64,000 bases of DNA from Schizochytrium sp. TIO01 (GCA_004764695.1 SMSO01000025.1:868001-932000), one strand, 5' to 3'; numbered from the stretch's first letter, positions 1 to 12,654 are shown. Numbers and translations are program-made. Notes: generated from the sequence alone by a model not told the origin.

Positions 1-614
1 AGCCAAAGAACGACACGTCATTCGAGCTGTCCTGATTTTGATTCATCTTTGTTAACTTTTTGAGGTTTGAAATTTAGCAAAAGGATAACACAGTAGTTTT
101 CACAGTACAAGCCTGCAGTGAATCCCGGTAGTCCAACATAGGGCGCGCAAGCCCGGCCTTTTGAAGTTGACCCCTCCAACGATGTCTTTGTAGATGGTGG
201 AAGCGTCTGGATGGGCACACCAATCTAGCGTTTGAAATTCTCTTTCTGCTTGGCGGAGGATACTCTGGCATATATAATGGTACGGTCAGTGCAGCATTGC
301 TCGCGGCCGCCGGGGCAAACCATAGCCACAGATGCACTCAACGTTGTTACTTGGGTACATACGATCGCCTCCGGGAAGCGCCTGCACGGCATTTGCTAAG
401 GTGCCAGACTTCCGGCTGAAGTGCTTTGCTGGCTTGTATTGAAGGTTTCCTTCACTTGTAGTGTTTAGAGCTTGGTAGTTCCTTAAGCGTGCCATTTTCT
501 TACCTGGCCTCAACTATCTTTACAAAGACCTAAATAATTATAACATATCATTTAGATAGAATCGTCACTACCATTTGGAGGTTATGTAGGTTGTAACGTT
601 TTCATAAGTACAGT
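1..614 (-). mobile_element. Non-autonomous IS607/Fanzor2-derived element, copy 1 (cut by the window edge)
   Basis: Minus strand from ATG at 495 reads QYKPAKHF..SG..LPGGDRMY (HTH-like), then a frameshifted IIYARVSS..KRPGLRALLD-type serine recombinase segment, then LYCENYCVILL (Fanzor RuvC-II region) after about 131. Aligns with the copies at 10013-10957 and 17189-18113 out to about 614. Confidence 0.85.
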
Positions 615-3423
615 ACTAGCTGTCGTTGCTGGACAGAAGTTATGAGTAATGCTCTAAACGTCGGCTTCGAAGCTCTCACGCTTATGCCCGAAAAGGCTAC
701 TAGTATTTCCGCAAGCCATAGCTTTTTCTTGCATGCAGTCTACTGAAAAGGCATCATGACGTATAGCTTGAAACAAGTGAAACCTATATGTCGCTCTCTA
801 TGTGCTAATTATTAGGGTTTTCACGATTGTAGTGTCTCACTAGAAACGCATTTCCGAGTTGACAGAAAGTTGAAATTTTAAATTCTAGCTCAATGTATCT
901 CGAGTCTGGTCTAGTCATCGACTAAAGCCAGCTTTCAATCTTATGAACTAGTTTAGTTTTCGAATCTGTAAGACACCATGGATGCTAACGGCTTGGTGCA
1001 AATTTATATATTCTAGCCTCGAGTCATGGGTCAAGAGTTAAGGTTTGATTACTGCCGCCTTTTATAAGCTCCCCTCTAAATAATTGCGTTTACTAAATGT
1101 TCGCGCAGAAGATCTCAATTTTTCCACGCGAAGATTTTGAAGGCCTTTTGTTTAACGATCTTTGTGAAGCGAGAGAGCATCGTTTGTACGATGTGGCAGG
1201 GTCCTTTGAGGCTAACAAAAAAGTATTCTTACCATTTACATTGAAGTTAAGAGGGATTACTTGTGAAACAATAGCGATTTATTGACTCTTTCGATCCTCA
1301 GCTCAAGTAATATTCATAAAGAATTGAACGCATGCTCGAATTATTGAGCAATTCTACTTTGCTTCATTTTATGTATTTACCAAACCCAGTATTGCAAATT
1401 TGACGGCTAGCATTATGAGAAAGACTGCTAAAATGATACTCGAATATTGACGTTCGCTCGTTCAACAACTTCAAAAGAGCAACAGACTTTAATTCAAGTT
1501 ACTTCAAATTCATTGTGCCAGTAGAATATTATTCGTTCATACACAAATTTTCCGTGGCGGCCGGGCCCGGCGTCTTTCATTTTCATAGAATAGGGAGAAG
1601 CAAGCCAATACGAAACGTTCTGATTAAGTAATTGGTTGGGCATCTACCGTTTTCGTCCTTAATAATTGTTCGTGAACATTATAGGGTTCCAGCGAATACT
1701 CGCCAAGAAACCAGAAAATTTCAATTCTGAGTACGCGACGGCAATTGTGTCCCTGGGTTTTACTCTTTCATTTTAGGACTGCAGAAGAGCAGCAATCCCT
1801 AACAGCATCACTTTGCTCTGGTGGTGATATCTCAAGTCAAAGAAAAGTACTCGTGTTTCTCAAATTCGAGTGCTCATTTTGCGATGTTCACGGCTGGAAA
1901 ACTTTAAAAACACGTTTATGTCATCGGTAGAACGTTCCATCACCTTTCCACTGTTTGTTCGGAATCAAATTTACATATCCTCCGAATGTCTGTCTTGTAC
2001 TGCCCGAGGCCGATGGAGATAAGGACCATTACCCAACCATCATATTAACACGAAGCTCCCACCGTGAGTTTTCTACTACTTCTACTTCTTCTTCTTCTGG
2101 GTGCAGCCTTTCAAACAGCAATCGCCACCTGCTTTGAATTCGAGTTTTGACCTGATCCGAAAAGAACGAGATTTGCCTGAGGCCATCGCTAAGGTGCCTA
2201 GTTAGCACAGCAGTGACACGAATTTGGAGCGTCCAGTTTTGTCCTTGTCATTACTCAATCTCTCTTCAGGTTCCAGAGACGTACGGGACTACGTTGGCAG
2301 GTTAGCCGAGGCTAGCTAAACTCACGTATTTCAAAGCTTTATCACGTTAATTGGTCATAGCGATCGAGGCAGAAGACAAATTAAAGTCTTCATGTGCATA
2401 TGATGCTACCTACTACCTACCTCCATACCTATGTAATACCTAAATACTTCTATTAAATTTCACTATTATTATTTATTGCGTAACTAAAAGTTAAAATCGT
2501 GGTGCTGACGATGCTTACTTTTTGTGGTTGCATAACTGAGAACGGCCATTAGTTGTGAATACCTCGCCCAAAAGACCTCTTAGCTCCTAGTAGACTAGCA
2601 CAAAGAGTGACAAAGGCAGGAAGGAGTACTGGGTCTACTTCTTCTTTACGTTCGGTTGAACAAGCCTCGGAGGTTTCTTTCACGCTTGACGAAACTCGGT
2701 ACTACTAGTAGGTATGGGTTATTACTGTCTCGGGTGGAGGCAAGTTCTTCTGTCTTTTAAAATCTGTCTCTGCCGGTTCTCCAATAACATTGAGACTCCC
2801 TTTCAACCAGTTCCTGCCAACAAGCTAGCTAACTAGATAGGTACACTAGAACTAATTTGTGAGATAGACTCAGGAAAGAGATCACGACTTTCGTCAGTGC
2901 TTAGCCCTCTTGCGTAGTTTGTAGGTGCCTAGATACCTAGTAGTTGGGCTAGTTGAAATATACATACTAAGTTTAGTAGTCGAGCGACAAATCGCCATTA
3001 ACTCTTGAAGGAAAAATGGTCATCATGTGTGGTAAGACAATGCTAGCAGCCAATAATTGAATACTATTCTCTTTTTTCTTTTTCTTTTTTTTTTCTTTTC
3101 TTTATTATTATCATTATTTTGGTTTTTAAAATAAAAAGAAGATGAAGAAGAAGATAAGTGGGCAGCAGAACAGACAATTCTATTAGCTAGTGTTAGTAGG
3201 TAGCCTTGTTGTTTTTGTTACCACTTAAAGAATATGTGATTTTGCATCATCACAGCGCTGTGCAGCATCTGCGCCCAGACTCCTTTCCGAATAGCTTCAT
3301 CTCCTTGGAGTAAGCGATTGGGTGATTGATTGATCGAGTTTGGGTGACTTAGTAACTAAGTGGTTGCTTGATAGCTTAATAGCTTGACCTATACCTTCAC
3401 GCAGAGTTCAATTTCCAGCTACG

Positions 3424-4665
3424 ATGCATTCTCGTGCGCCTGCCTCGGTGGCTTCTCGTGTTCTTCGCGTTTCCTCTTCACAGAGCCCTTTTCTCTCCTC
3501 CCGTGCTTTCTGCCAGAACGTATCCTCCTCGCCCGCGTCCTCCTCTTCTTCGTCTCCTAGACTTGCTGCCCTTCGCGAGCGACTCGCCCGTGAACGTGCT
3601 GAGGATGCTGCTCAACAGGCTGTCCGTGCTGCATCTCTGAGCCAGGGCACCTCCTCTTCTGAGGCCTCCTCGGAGGGGGCTTCGGAGAACCGCGGTCTTC
3701 GCAATAAGAAGAAGTTGCCAAAGCCTCGATGGCTCAAGATTAACTCTGTGAGCGGTAAGAGCCGCGATAACTACGAGCGCCTTCGTGACACTGTTCGTGG
3801 CTTAGGCCTTGCAACTGTGTGTGAGGAAGCTCGGTGTCCGAACATTGGCGAATGCTGGGGCGGCAAGGAGGGTGCTGCAACTGCAACCATCATGATTATG
3901 GGTGACACATGCACTCGCGCATGCAGATTCTGCAGCATCAAGACCAGTCGGGCGCCGCCGCCTCTTGACCCGGAGGAGCCGCGCAAAGTGGCGCGCGCTG
4001 TCACGGACTGGGGTTTGGGCTACGTGGTGTTGACGTCCGTAGACCGTGACGAGCTGGCTGACCAGGGCTCGCAACACTTTGCGGAGACCGTACGGTACCT
4101 GAAGAAGTACTCCGCCGAGAAGAAGGCAGGCAAGCCCATCCTCGTTGAGTGCCTCACACCAGACTTTCGTGGGGAGAAGGACCTCATTCGCACCGTAGCA
4201 GGCTCTGGCCTTGACGTCTTTGCGCATAATCTTGAGACTGTTGAGCGCCTCACGCCGCACGTCAGAGATCGTCGCGCAGCGTACCGCCAGAGTCTTGAGG
4301 TGCTGGGTTTCGTTAAAAAGGAGTTCCCCCACGTTGTCACTAAGACTTCGCTCATGCTTGGACTTGGAGAGACTCAGGACGAGGTCGTGCAGACTATGCG
4401 GGACGCTCGTGAAATTGGGCTCGACGTTATCACCTTTGGACAATACTTACGTCCCACCAAAGGCCACCTGCCGGTTAAGGCTTACGTGAGCCCTGAAGAA
4501 TTCGCCACCTACAAGGAGATCGCCCAAGAGATGGGCTTCAAGTTTGTTGCAAGTGGGCCTCTTGTTCGCAGCAGTTACAAGGCTGGAGAACTTTTCCTGG
4601 AGAGTATGATCCGTAGCGAGAATCCCAACCTCAACATTGACAACAACATTTCCCAGTCCCAGTAA
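3424..4665 (+). CDS. LIAS: Lipoyl synthase, mitochondrial (radical SAM)
   Basis: CX4CX5C motif [12 protein letters not shown], radical-SAM CX3CX2C motif [23 protein letters not shown] and C-terminal RSSY. Ser/Arg-rich N-terminus resembles a transit peptide. Confidence 0.97.
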   Translation: MHSRAPASVASRVLRVSSSQSPFLSSRAFCQNVSSSPASSSSSSPRLAALRERLARERAEDAAQQAVRAASLSQGTSSSEASSEGASENRGLRNKKKLPKPRWLKINSVSGKSRDNYERLRDTVRGLGLATVCEEARCPNIGECWGGKEGAATATIMIMGDTCTRACRFCSIKTSRAPPPLDPEEPRKVARAVTDWGLGYVVLTSVDRDELADQGSQHFAETVRYLKKYSAEKKAGKPILVECLTPDFRGEKDLIRTVAGSGLDVFAHNLETVERLTPHVRDRRAAYRQSLEVLGFVKKEFPHVVTKTSLMLGLGETQDEVVQTMRDAREIGLDVITFGQYLRPTKGHLPVKAYVSPEEFATYKEIAQEMGFKFVASGPLVRSSYKAGELFLESMIRSENPNLNIDNNISQSQ

Positions 4666-5732
4666 ATAGGGTGTTGATCACATCTGAGATAGCTCCTGAA
4701 AGATCTGGGCTTGCTTGAAGTATCTTTCTGAGCTTGAGTCTATCGTAGGCGATATAATCGCATGTGATGCTTGTGTATCTTATGCCTTAAACATTGTGAA
4801 GAAACAAAAGATTTTCATGATGGCAGATCAAATGCGAATCAGAGAAAACAAATCTAAGGAGGGGCAAGCCTGAAGGAAGTGCATGAATATCATACTGACT
4901 TACTGTCAGGTGGGCTGCGTTCGAGGACAGAAATAGCCCACTGTATCTATTTGAGATTCGAAGCATTACTTTTGGCATCTGTGAGGGTCAAAGTGGGTGA
5001 TTCGACAAATTGCTACCCGAAGAATAGAACAATTACTCAAGCCATTGGAGTTCTTCCCTTCTCTACACCGAAACCCCTTCAAACGCCCATCCAACAAAGT
5101 CATATTGCTTATTTTTTAACGACCATGAGAGCAACATGAATTCAGCACATATACAGCTACGCAGGACAAGCAACTATCTGCCTTTCGCTCATCTATTCAT
5201 CATGCAGAGTCTATCTCATCACAGCAACAGCAGCAGCACAATCGATAATCTTGTTATATCTTTTTTTTCGCGCCGCAAACAATTAGTCAATCAGTCAGTC
5301 AATCAGTCAATCAGCTAACTGGCCAGCCCGTCAGCCGGTCAATTATATTCTTCATCTTCTTTGATTATGTTTCGTTCCCTGATCCCTCCTAGCAAATATC
5401 TTTTCTTGTGATCTATTGAGGCATGACTCGAGAACCCCTGCAAAGCAGACAGAACATCAAAATACGACACGTTTCATAGTGACATATTTTAGACCGTCCT
5501 TGAATCAAAAGCTTTGGCCATGCATTGGTATCCATGTGACGAATCTCTATGCAACAACAAAACATTGTCTGACTGGCCTGCTCGAACCAACAAAAAATGA
5601 TGTTGTTTAGATTATCCTTTTAAAAATATGATCTGTAAAATATTTCGAAAAGTTGAAATTTAAAAATTAAGAAAAGGGAACAGTCCCCAAAAGCGTAACA
5701 CGTTGGAAGATCGAGCATCTTAAAAGAGTGGC

Positions 5733-7094
5733 ATGTGGACTTCCTCAGCTGGAAACCGGCTCAAGAAGAGAGTGCGGAAGGCAACGAGCCTCAATGATAC
5801 TCGTGGAGCAAATCAAGGTGCGAAAAAACGCAAGGGGAAATCAAAGGAAGCCGACTGGATGAGCAAATTCAAATTTTCTGCGGCTGAGGTGCCAGACCCT
5901 CGTATCCACCACACGCAGCACCTTGGCGAAGAGAATGTCCAAGGAAACATTCCTCAACAACCCATGGCAGATAGCTATGTCTTCTCTTCTAAACATATGC
6001 GTTTTAGCGATGACACCTGCGAAAATTCTGCATTTCCCAAACTGCAAAAACATCCTCGTAGAACGATGCTACCACCCTCTTCCTCCTCTCACTTTTGTGA
6101 GGGGATGGATTGGGATGATAGCAGAGACCTTAATTTGGACTTTTCACGAACTTGTAGTTTCCAGCCACAGGAAGCGCCATCACAAGCCTTTACCTCTGAG
6201 GCAATTCTCCGAGTTTCTGGCTCGAACGAGAGAAAGCCACGGGAGCAATATCAATTTTCAAATGCTAGTAGTTGGTCTCGCGATCTTGCGAAACTTCCCC
6301 CCCTTAAGCAAGTCCAACTCCTCACAGACCGCAACTCAGCGTCCTCAACGTTGGACAACCCTCAGCAACCATCAGACTGCACCCAAAATAGAGATTCGCT
6401 CTCATCCCCCCCTGAAGTGCAGCATGAGCCTACTGTTGGTCGCAACTGTGAGAAACCTGACAGTCGGGAAGTAACTTGCGATAATATGTCTGAAGTTGAT
6501 GACCTTTTCGAGCCCTCACTGCGAGAAATTGGATTTGCCGGGACACATGCTATTCAACACTCTCCCAAACCCCATGAACAATTTTTTGATACGTTTACAA
6601 ACGACCCTTCCTTGGGCGAGCTGGCTACCGAGGAAAGAACTGTTTATGATGATCAAACTAAGGTTTTGTTCTTCGATAACCATGAAAAACTGAACGCAGC
6701 ACCTATGAAACAAGTTATTTTCAATGAAGATCAAAGACAGGCCGAGGAAAAGAAGAAGTATATCGTTTCTCAAGGAGAAAATGCAACAGCAAATGATAAT
6801 AGCAGGCCACATTTGACTCGAATTCTTGCAGTTCTTCGTTCTGGGGAATCAAACATCTTTGAGCATCTTCTTGACATCTATGAACTTGTTGACGCATGCA
6901 TTGCAGATTCTGATCCAATGCGCTTCCTTGGAATCGAGGTACTCTATTGCATGGCAAATTCAAGTGCCATAAATTGGAGCGTGGATGCTGTGGAATATGT
7001 ACTAGCTCAACTAAAGAAGCATTTTCCAGCAAACCGACGACTCCACGCAGCTTATCAAAATGTTCTTCGTTCGCAGTCTCAAAGAAATCAATAA
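5733..7094 (+). CDS. Hypothetical protein, 453 aa (basic N-terminus, disordered middle, helical C-terminal region)
   Basis: Long ATG-initiated uninterrupted ORF between two housekeeping genes. KKRVRK and KKRKGK are NLS-like clusters. No family recognised. Confidence 0.75.
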   Translation: MWTSSAGNRLKKRVRKATSLNDTRGANQGAKKRKGKSKEADWMSKFKFSAAEVPDPRIHHTQHLGEENVQGNIPQQPMADSYVFSSKHMRFSDDTCENSAFPKLQKHPRRTMLPPSSSSHFCEGMDWDDSRDLNLDFSRTCSFQPQEAPSQAFTSEAILRVSGSNERKPREQYQFSNASSWSRDLAKLPPLKQVQLLTDRNSASSTLDNPQQPSDCTQNRDSLSSPPEVQHEPTVGRNCEKPDSREVTCDNMSEVDDLFEPSLREIGFAGTHAIQHSPKPHEQFFDTFTNDPSLGELATEERTVYDDQTKVLFFDNHEKLNAAPMKQVIFNEDQRQAEEKKKYIVSQGENATANDNSRPHLTRILAVLRSGESNIFEHLLDIYELVDACIADSDPMRFLGIEVLYCMANSSAINWSVDAVEYVLAQLKKHFPANRRLHAAYQNVLRSQSQRNQ

Positions 7095-7551
7095 ACCAAA
7101 TTGAATATTGTTAGTCGTATTTTCGTAGATCTCATTCAATCCTTTCCTTGAGCTTTTTGGTTTTGCTTTTTCTAAATGAAACCACCCTGTGATTTGAAGG
7201 CCTTCTTGTAGGACCTCTTATCAGCTACCCGGCCCGCACCCTGCGTGCAGCAGGCAGTGCGAAGCTAACCCCAATCGTTAAGTTCGAAACTTGGATTTGG
7301 ATTTTTATTTTGCTCAGTTGCAAAAGCGGTTGCCTTTTGGATTGCATCACTTAGGGTCGACGTATTACATTTGTTTTTGAGCTTCGTATACAGATAATTG
7401 ACCGGCAAGAGGTTCATATAAAACGCTTAGGAACAAGTCGCCCTTACATGGGGCAGGGTCAATTCTAAAAATGATATCATCGAAAAGTATGAAATAGATA
7501 GGAAAGTTATGTTTGGTTTTGATTAACCCACTATATATGACAAAGGTTAAA

Positions 7552-8000
7552 TTAAGGGTTAGGGCGGTCCACGACATGCGCAAGGTTGCGCATGGAGGCG
7601 CGGTGGGCGATCTGCCGCTTGGCGCGCTCAGTGTTTTGGGTAAGCAGAGTCTTCTTACGCTCAGCCTTGTTCGTCGTCACGTTCGGGGATGTGTACAAGT
7701 GACGAAGTCCAAAAGTTCCACCAAGTGTAAGAGCGCCACCGATGCAAAGGCCAAGAGGCACGAGCTCAGGCTTGCGAATCTTGTCCGGAATGAAACTACC
7801 TTGGCGCGGTCCAAAGAGATGAGCACGCAACGAGTTGCGTCCCTGTAAACATGAAGGGGATCCAACGAATTAAATTGGTCACAAAAGTATGAGTGTTAAT
7901 TATCATGGTAAATAAAGTTGAATTTCAAAAACCCTGAAGTCTTCAGAATACTTACATCAGCAGTAATGTGCCGCGAGAGCTGGCGAGCCGGAGCAGACAT
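7552..8000 (-). CDS. NDUFA4/B12D (MLRQ)-like small mitochondrial membrane protein, two exons, about 111 aa
   Basis: Exon 1 8000-7956 (MSAPARQLSRHITAD), GTAAG...TTTACAG intron 7955-7843, exon 2 7842-7552 in frame (GRNSLRAHLFG...). PELVPL + hydrophobic helix + RHLYTSPNV..K..R matches the NDUFA4/B12D pattern. Confidence 0.75.
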
Positions 8001-8199
8001 TTTTCCTGGCAACAGTGACTTGCTAACAACCCGAGCGGAGTAAAGAGATTATCCAACTAAATGACTTTGGTTGTTGTTTTTCGCTCAGGTAGGTGTTTGA
8101 GATTTGATGGCAACTTTTGATCGATCAGTTTGGTCATCTTGGCGTTTTAGTGAAAGCTCAGTGGAAAAGAGACAGTGGGCATTGGAGAGAAGCAAGCAC

Positions 8200-8320
8200 C
8201 GAGATAGAGAAGAGCTTGAAGACTAGAGTGACAGAGGGAGACAGAGGCAGAGAGGGAGAGAGGAAGACAGAGGAAGACAGAGGGAGGCAGAGGGAGACAG
8301 AGGGCGAGAGAGAGAGATAA
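8200..8320. repeat. GA-rich low-complexity tract
   Basis: Repeated GAGAGG/GACAGA units, visible directly. Confidence 0.85.
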
Positions 8321-10014
8321 GAGGGACTTGATTTGCTGTTTAAAGCTACAAACAAACGAGAAACTCTGAAGGGACGAAAAAACAAAACGAAAGCTAGAAA
8401 GCTTAAAACCTTGAGAGGAGCCCAGGATCAAGACAGAACCTCATCGTTGTGAGAGTCAAACACGTCGGGTTGAAAGTGTTTGCAGGAGGACGGGTCTCTT
8501 AGGCAGAGTGGAAGAGTCGAAGAGAAGAGACAGGAGAGTGAGAAAGAAAGACTTGACTCAGTCAGAAAGAAATATCTCTGGTAAAATTCTTTCAATTTGA
8601 TAGTAGGGTGCCTACCCATTAGCAGTAGGAGAGGACCAACCAACATCAAATGTTTCTCTACAAAAGTTAAAAGTTAAATCAACACCTATGTACTAATACT
8701 ATTTAGCCCTCAAATAGTATATAACTACTATAAACTACTACTACCTAGCCCTACCAAACGTGCCTTTCAGAAGTAGGTAGGCAGCAGTACCGCGGTCATG
8801 ATCACACCTGAATATCCAACAGTCGCATTTTAGACCGGTTCTTAGGCAGATCATAGTAATACTAGGCCACTACCATCTATCAAAGGATATATCGACTGAC
8901 ACCGACTAACTGTCCACAAGTATTTATCTTCGGGGTCTGCGTACGGTTCAGATCGCTCAGCTGGAAGGTAGGTACTATGTAGTAACGCTTTCTTCTGGCC
9001 TCGCCTCCCGAAGTTGTTTCATTTCTTTCAGGCTGAGCTGTAAAGGTATATGGTCTTTGCTTTTGTCATCATCACCGCCATGGCCATCGCTACCTACTAG
9101 AATTATTGTAGAGTAGTAAATTGATTAAGTATGCATTGATGCGTGTAATTTTACCTCCGACGCTGCATTAGCTAGCTTCTTTCTGCTAGTGCGATTCTCG
9201 CTACGCCTTCTGGGCGCCAAACCTGAAAACTTGATGGATCGGAGGCTGCCGCCAGTATTCTGGTTGGTCGGAGGGCATTGGGTTAATTCACGGCGTTTCC
9301 TACCAACCTACTCAGTAGGTAAGTGTGATCTGTTGCTTGTTATTCATTAATCACAACTCTGAAGCTGTTAACCGATTCTTATCTCAGGTGAACTGAGTTG
9401 AGGTTGAGAGAGAGCCTGTACCTTCTAGCCTACGTGGCCTATACTGGTTTGTTTCTAGTAGGTGGTCTTTGGTAGTGTATTTGCAGTCACTTGCCAAGTT
9501 GATTTTGGATCTGCGCGATCTTATCTTTGCGATCCAGGCTTCGCTCTCTGCTTCTGCCTGCCTTGTATAATCGTCTACTGTCCTACCGCGTCTTCCAAAC
9601 CTGAAAGATGAGAGCGGAAAAAGCCGTTCTCTACATGGTAAGATAACCGTAGTAATTAGGTTCCCACTAGTATGTATGTACCTAAGTAGGACCTAGGCAG
9701 TAATAGTTTTAAAGTCTTCGAAGAAACTCTTCCTCTTTGCGTTATTCGAGGAATTTTCGCGTCTATTAAACAACTTACTCATTGTCTATCTCACTATCTG
9801 TCTGATTCTGTTACTACTAGGTAGTAAATTGTTAAGGAGTCTGTATACAACTTGAACATGCATGAGTTGAATATGGAAGGATACTCGACTTGTTGAAGAT
9901 CGAGTGATTTGATACACATGTCTAGCTTGAGGGGCTACCTTGGGTTAAAGTCTAAGTGGACAGCCTCGGGAGTGAGTATTTAAGAGTAGTCACTTCAAGT
10001 AGGTAGAAGGTAGG

Positions 10015-10075
10015 GAATTTGCAAAACTTGCATTTCCTATGGTGACGTGGGACTAAGGCCCAATCGCGAGTTTAA
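10015..10075 (-). ncRNA. Candidate Fanzor omegaRNA scaffold remnant (copy 2)
   Basis: Non-coding block AACTCGCGATTGGGCCTTAGTC...CATAGGAAATGCAAGTTTTGCAAA lies between the Fanzor stop and the element end, and is conserved with 18053-18106. The position matches TnpB/Fanzor omegaRNAs; function is inferred. Confidence 0.4.
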
Positions 10076-10104
10076 CAACTAATTCGTGATTCAAAGACAT
10101 GAAT

Positions 10105-10472
10105 TTAAATTATGTCCTTGGGCAGGTAGCACAAAAGGACGCCTCTGGCGGCGTGGACATCACGATCGGCAGCGTGTTTGCATTTGGTGCATTTGAATAC
10201 CTTGCATGCTCAGAGCTTGTTGTGACTGTTAGGTGCCACATTCATTACATGTTTTGACAGTGCAATCCTCTCAACAAATGGCCAGCTTGCACCACTGGCA
10301 GGGGGGAAGCTCGGCTCGGCTTTGTAAATGAGCGCTAGTCACACGCCAACGAATGACACATCATTCGAGCTGTTTGGATTTTGATTTATCTTGTCAACTT
10401 TTGAGGTTTCCAATTTAGGCAAAAGGATAACACGGTAGTGCTCACAGTACAAGTTTGCAGTGAATCTCGGCA
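10105..10472 (-). pseudogene. Fanzor2/TnpB C-terminal fragment (RuvC-II, Zn finger, RuvC-III)
   Basis: Across frameshifts and stops it reads ANLYCEHYRVILLPKLETSK / IKIQTARMMC / LIYKAE / WCKLAIC*EDCTVKTCNECG / HNKL*ACKVFKCTKCKHAADRDVHAARGVLLCYL, ending at TAA 10107-10105. This matches the TnpB/Fanzor2 pattern LCENY..ILLP.FETS..KTAR.M..E.YTSKTC..CG..KVFKC..C...DRD.NAARNILL. Confidence 0.88.
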
Positions 10473-10838
10473 GTCCAATAGGGCGCACAAGCCCGGCCTT
10501 TTGCCGCTGTCCCCTCCAACGATGCTTTTGTAGACGGTGGAAGCATCTGGATAGGCACGCTGGAGGTCCCCAATCTGGCGTTTGAAATTCTCTGTCTGCT
10601 CGGTGGAGGACGCTCTGGCATAGATAATGGTTGCATTGCTGGCGGCCCGCCGGAGCAAACCGCAGCCATAGATGCGCTCAAAACCCGTCGTCACTTGCGT
10701 GTATGTAATGGCCGCCGGGGAAGCACTCGAAGGGGACTTGCGGAGACGCCAGACTTCTGGTTGAAGTGCTTTGCTGGCTTGTGGAAGGTTTGCTTCACTT
10801 GAAGTGTTAGGAGCTTGGTGGTTCCTTGGCCATGCCAT
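10473..10838 (-). pseudogene. IS607-type serine recombinase (TnpA) N-terminal fragment
   Basis: IIYARASSTEQTENFKRQIGDLQRAYPDASTVYKSIVGGDSGKRPGLCALLD matches IYARVSS..Q..DL.RQI..L...YP....DIGSG.N.KR.GL..LLD. HTH-like KPAKHF..GVS and PGGH remnants lie upstream in shifted frames. Confidence 0.87.
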
Positions 10839-12654
10839 TTTTCACCTGGCATCCGCCCCTTAACAAAGACCTAAATAATTATAATTCATCTTCTCTAAAA
10901 GGAATAAAAAATATCATTCGGAGGTTATATACGTTCTAAGGTATTCATCAGAACAGTGTGCTCGCGATGAAGGAGAACTTAATCAGAAAAGCAGAGAAAA
11001 TTCAATTGTCCTGGCCTGATGTGTCTATGTCTTTGTAGGGTACAAGCAGACGCTCCTAGCCCTCCGCCGCCGATGAAAGAAGTTATAAATATTTAGGGAA
11101 CTAAGGACATGGGACTTTAGTCTAAAGAAAGCTGCTCAATGAAAGTAGGAAGCGAATAATGAAAGTTTGGAGTTCAGTTTTGGGGTAAAATGAAGGGGCG
11201 TGGTAGAGCTATGAATTCTAGACGTCAAAATATGTTCGCATGTTGAAATGCTTCGACAGCAGAGCATGCTCTTCATTCGCTAGTTTCACATCCTGTAATT
11301 GGTGATTATGAGTGCTCACTTGGAGCTATCATAAGTGAATTACAGTATGCGGTGACGACCTACTCAGCTACGTGTATTTGCAATATGATCGAGATTTTCA
11401 CGTATTCTTGAACGAGATTTAAAATATCGTTTTGTAGCTCTGGTGGTGACGATAGACTCGACTACAGTCATAGTAACTCACTGTGAAAGCTATGACCAAA
11501 ATTTAATCATAACAGGATTCTCAAAAAAATATTTTCGGACTTTCTCTTTTCTTTCCCCTACTAGGGTATAGTAAAAGGATTAGGAACAAAATTTGCACCG
11601 TTTAGCTCGCTCCTGTGTAGACGGTTGATTCTATCATAACCAAGACTCTTTAAGATATTAAAATTGCCTTCCTGCGTAGTCTTATATACTACAAATTCGT
11701 CAGAAATTTCCAACTGTGTCTATGAACAAAATCCAATAAGGGTTTTGCTTTGCTATCGTAGGGAACGTGATATTAGAACCCCAAGAACTCCAGATTGAAG
11801 GAGTCTAAAACGCACTCTAAGTCTTTCGAATAAACAACTATCTGTTTAGGGCTTTTCGAAGGGTCAACTTTCCAGAATTATACTTCAAGATTTGGAATGA
11901 TGAATTATTTTTATGACCAATTTAGCACATCCAGCGAGTCATGTGTTTAATGAGTGAGCAGGTCACGACTTAGTTTTGCAGTTTGATACTATTTCTCTAG
12001 AATGTTTAGCATTTACTTCGGGCTATCAGCATCAGTATTGTGATATTTTCAATTACGTTTTAGCGCACCCTTTGCCTTGCAAAAACATTAAAGTTGCCGT
12101 TGCCTTTCCAGTGTTACAGAGGCTCAGGTGAAATTCTATCTCATCAAGGGTAGCGAAAGTGATATGTTGCTTTCTATAAATCAGCTTCAGGTTTACTTTC
12201 CTTTAGTCTTGAATTTCAGAAGAAAAGATTTGTCTTCCTTTGGAGTCTCATATTGTCTATCATATAGATGAAACACTACACGAGCTAATCTTCACGAATC
12301 AAATATAGTTTGGTTCTGCCTAACCACACCTAATTTCCTGTCTTTTTATTGTTACTATAAGGATCTGCCATGCTGATGTGAGCTCAAAAAAAATCACCGG
12401 GGAGGAGAGAGCGCATGGGAGAAAACAGGCGAAGATATGGTGAAAATTTCTGCTTAATCAGGACCCCAAGTTGCGTAACACCAAAAAGTAGAGTAGTAGC
12501 ACTAGTTGTACTAGTAACCTTAGTTCTATTAGTAAAATAACGTTGGATAGCGATACCTACCGACCATGCAGTAATAGATTAAATAGGCAACAACAGTTCG
12601 CAATGGAGCGGACCATAGCATCAAGCCGCCGTTCCAAGCGAGCGAAAGAGGCCT

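Larger units (their letters stand above)
10013..10957 (-). mobile_element. Non-autonomous IS607/Fanzor2-derived element, copy 2
   Basis: Contains a TnpA relic and a Fanzor C-terminal relic (see sub-features). Both ends align with copy 3, and the left end also aligns with copy 1. Boundaries are approximate. Confidence 0.88.

Noticed and set aside
3771-4489. Several overlapping and antisense ORFs within LIAS
   Set aside because: Shadow frames of a GC-rich, codon-biased gene with no recognisable motifs.
10386-10838. 150-aa ORF as a functional resolvase
   Set aside because: The HTH is out of frame, the catalytic domain is truncated after ALLD, and the tail is an off-frame read of the Fanzor relic.
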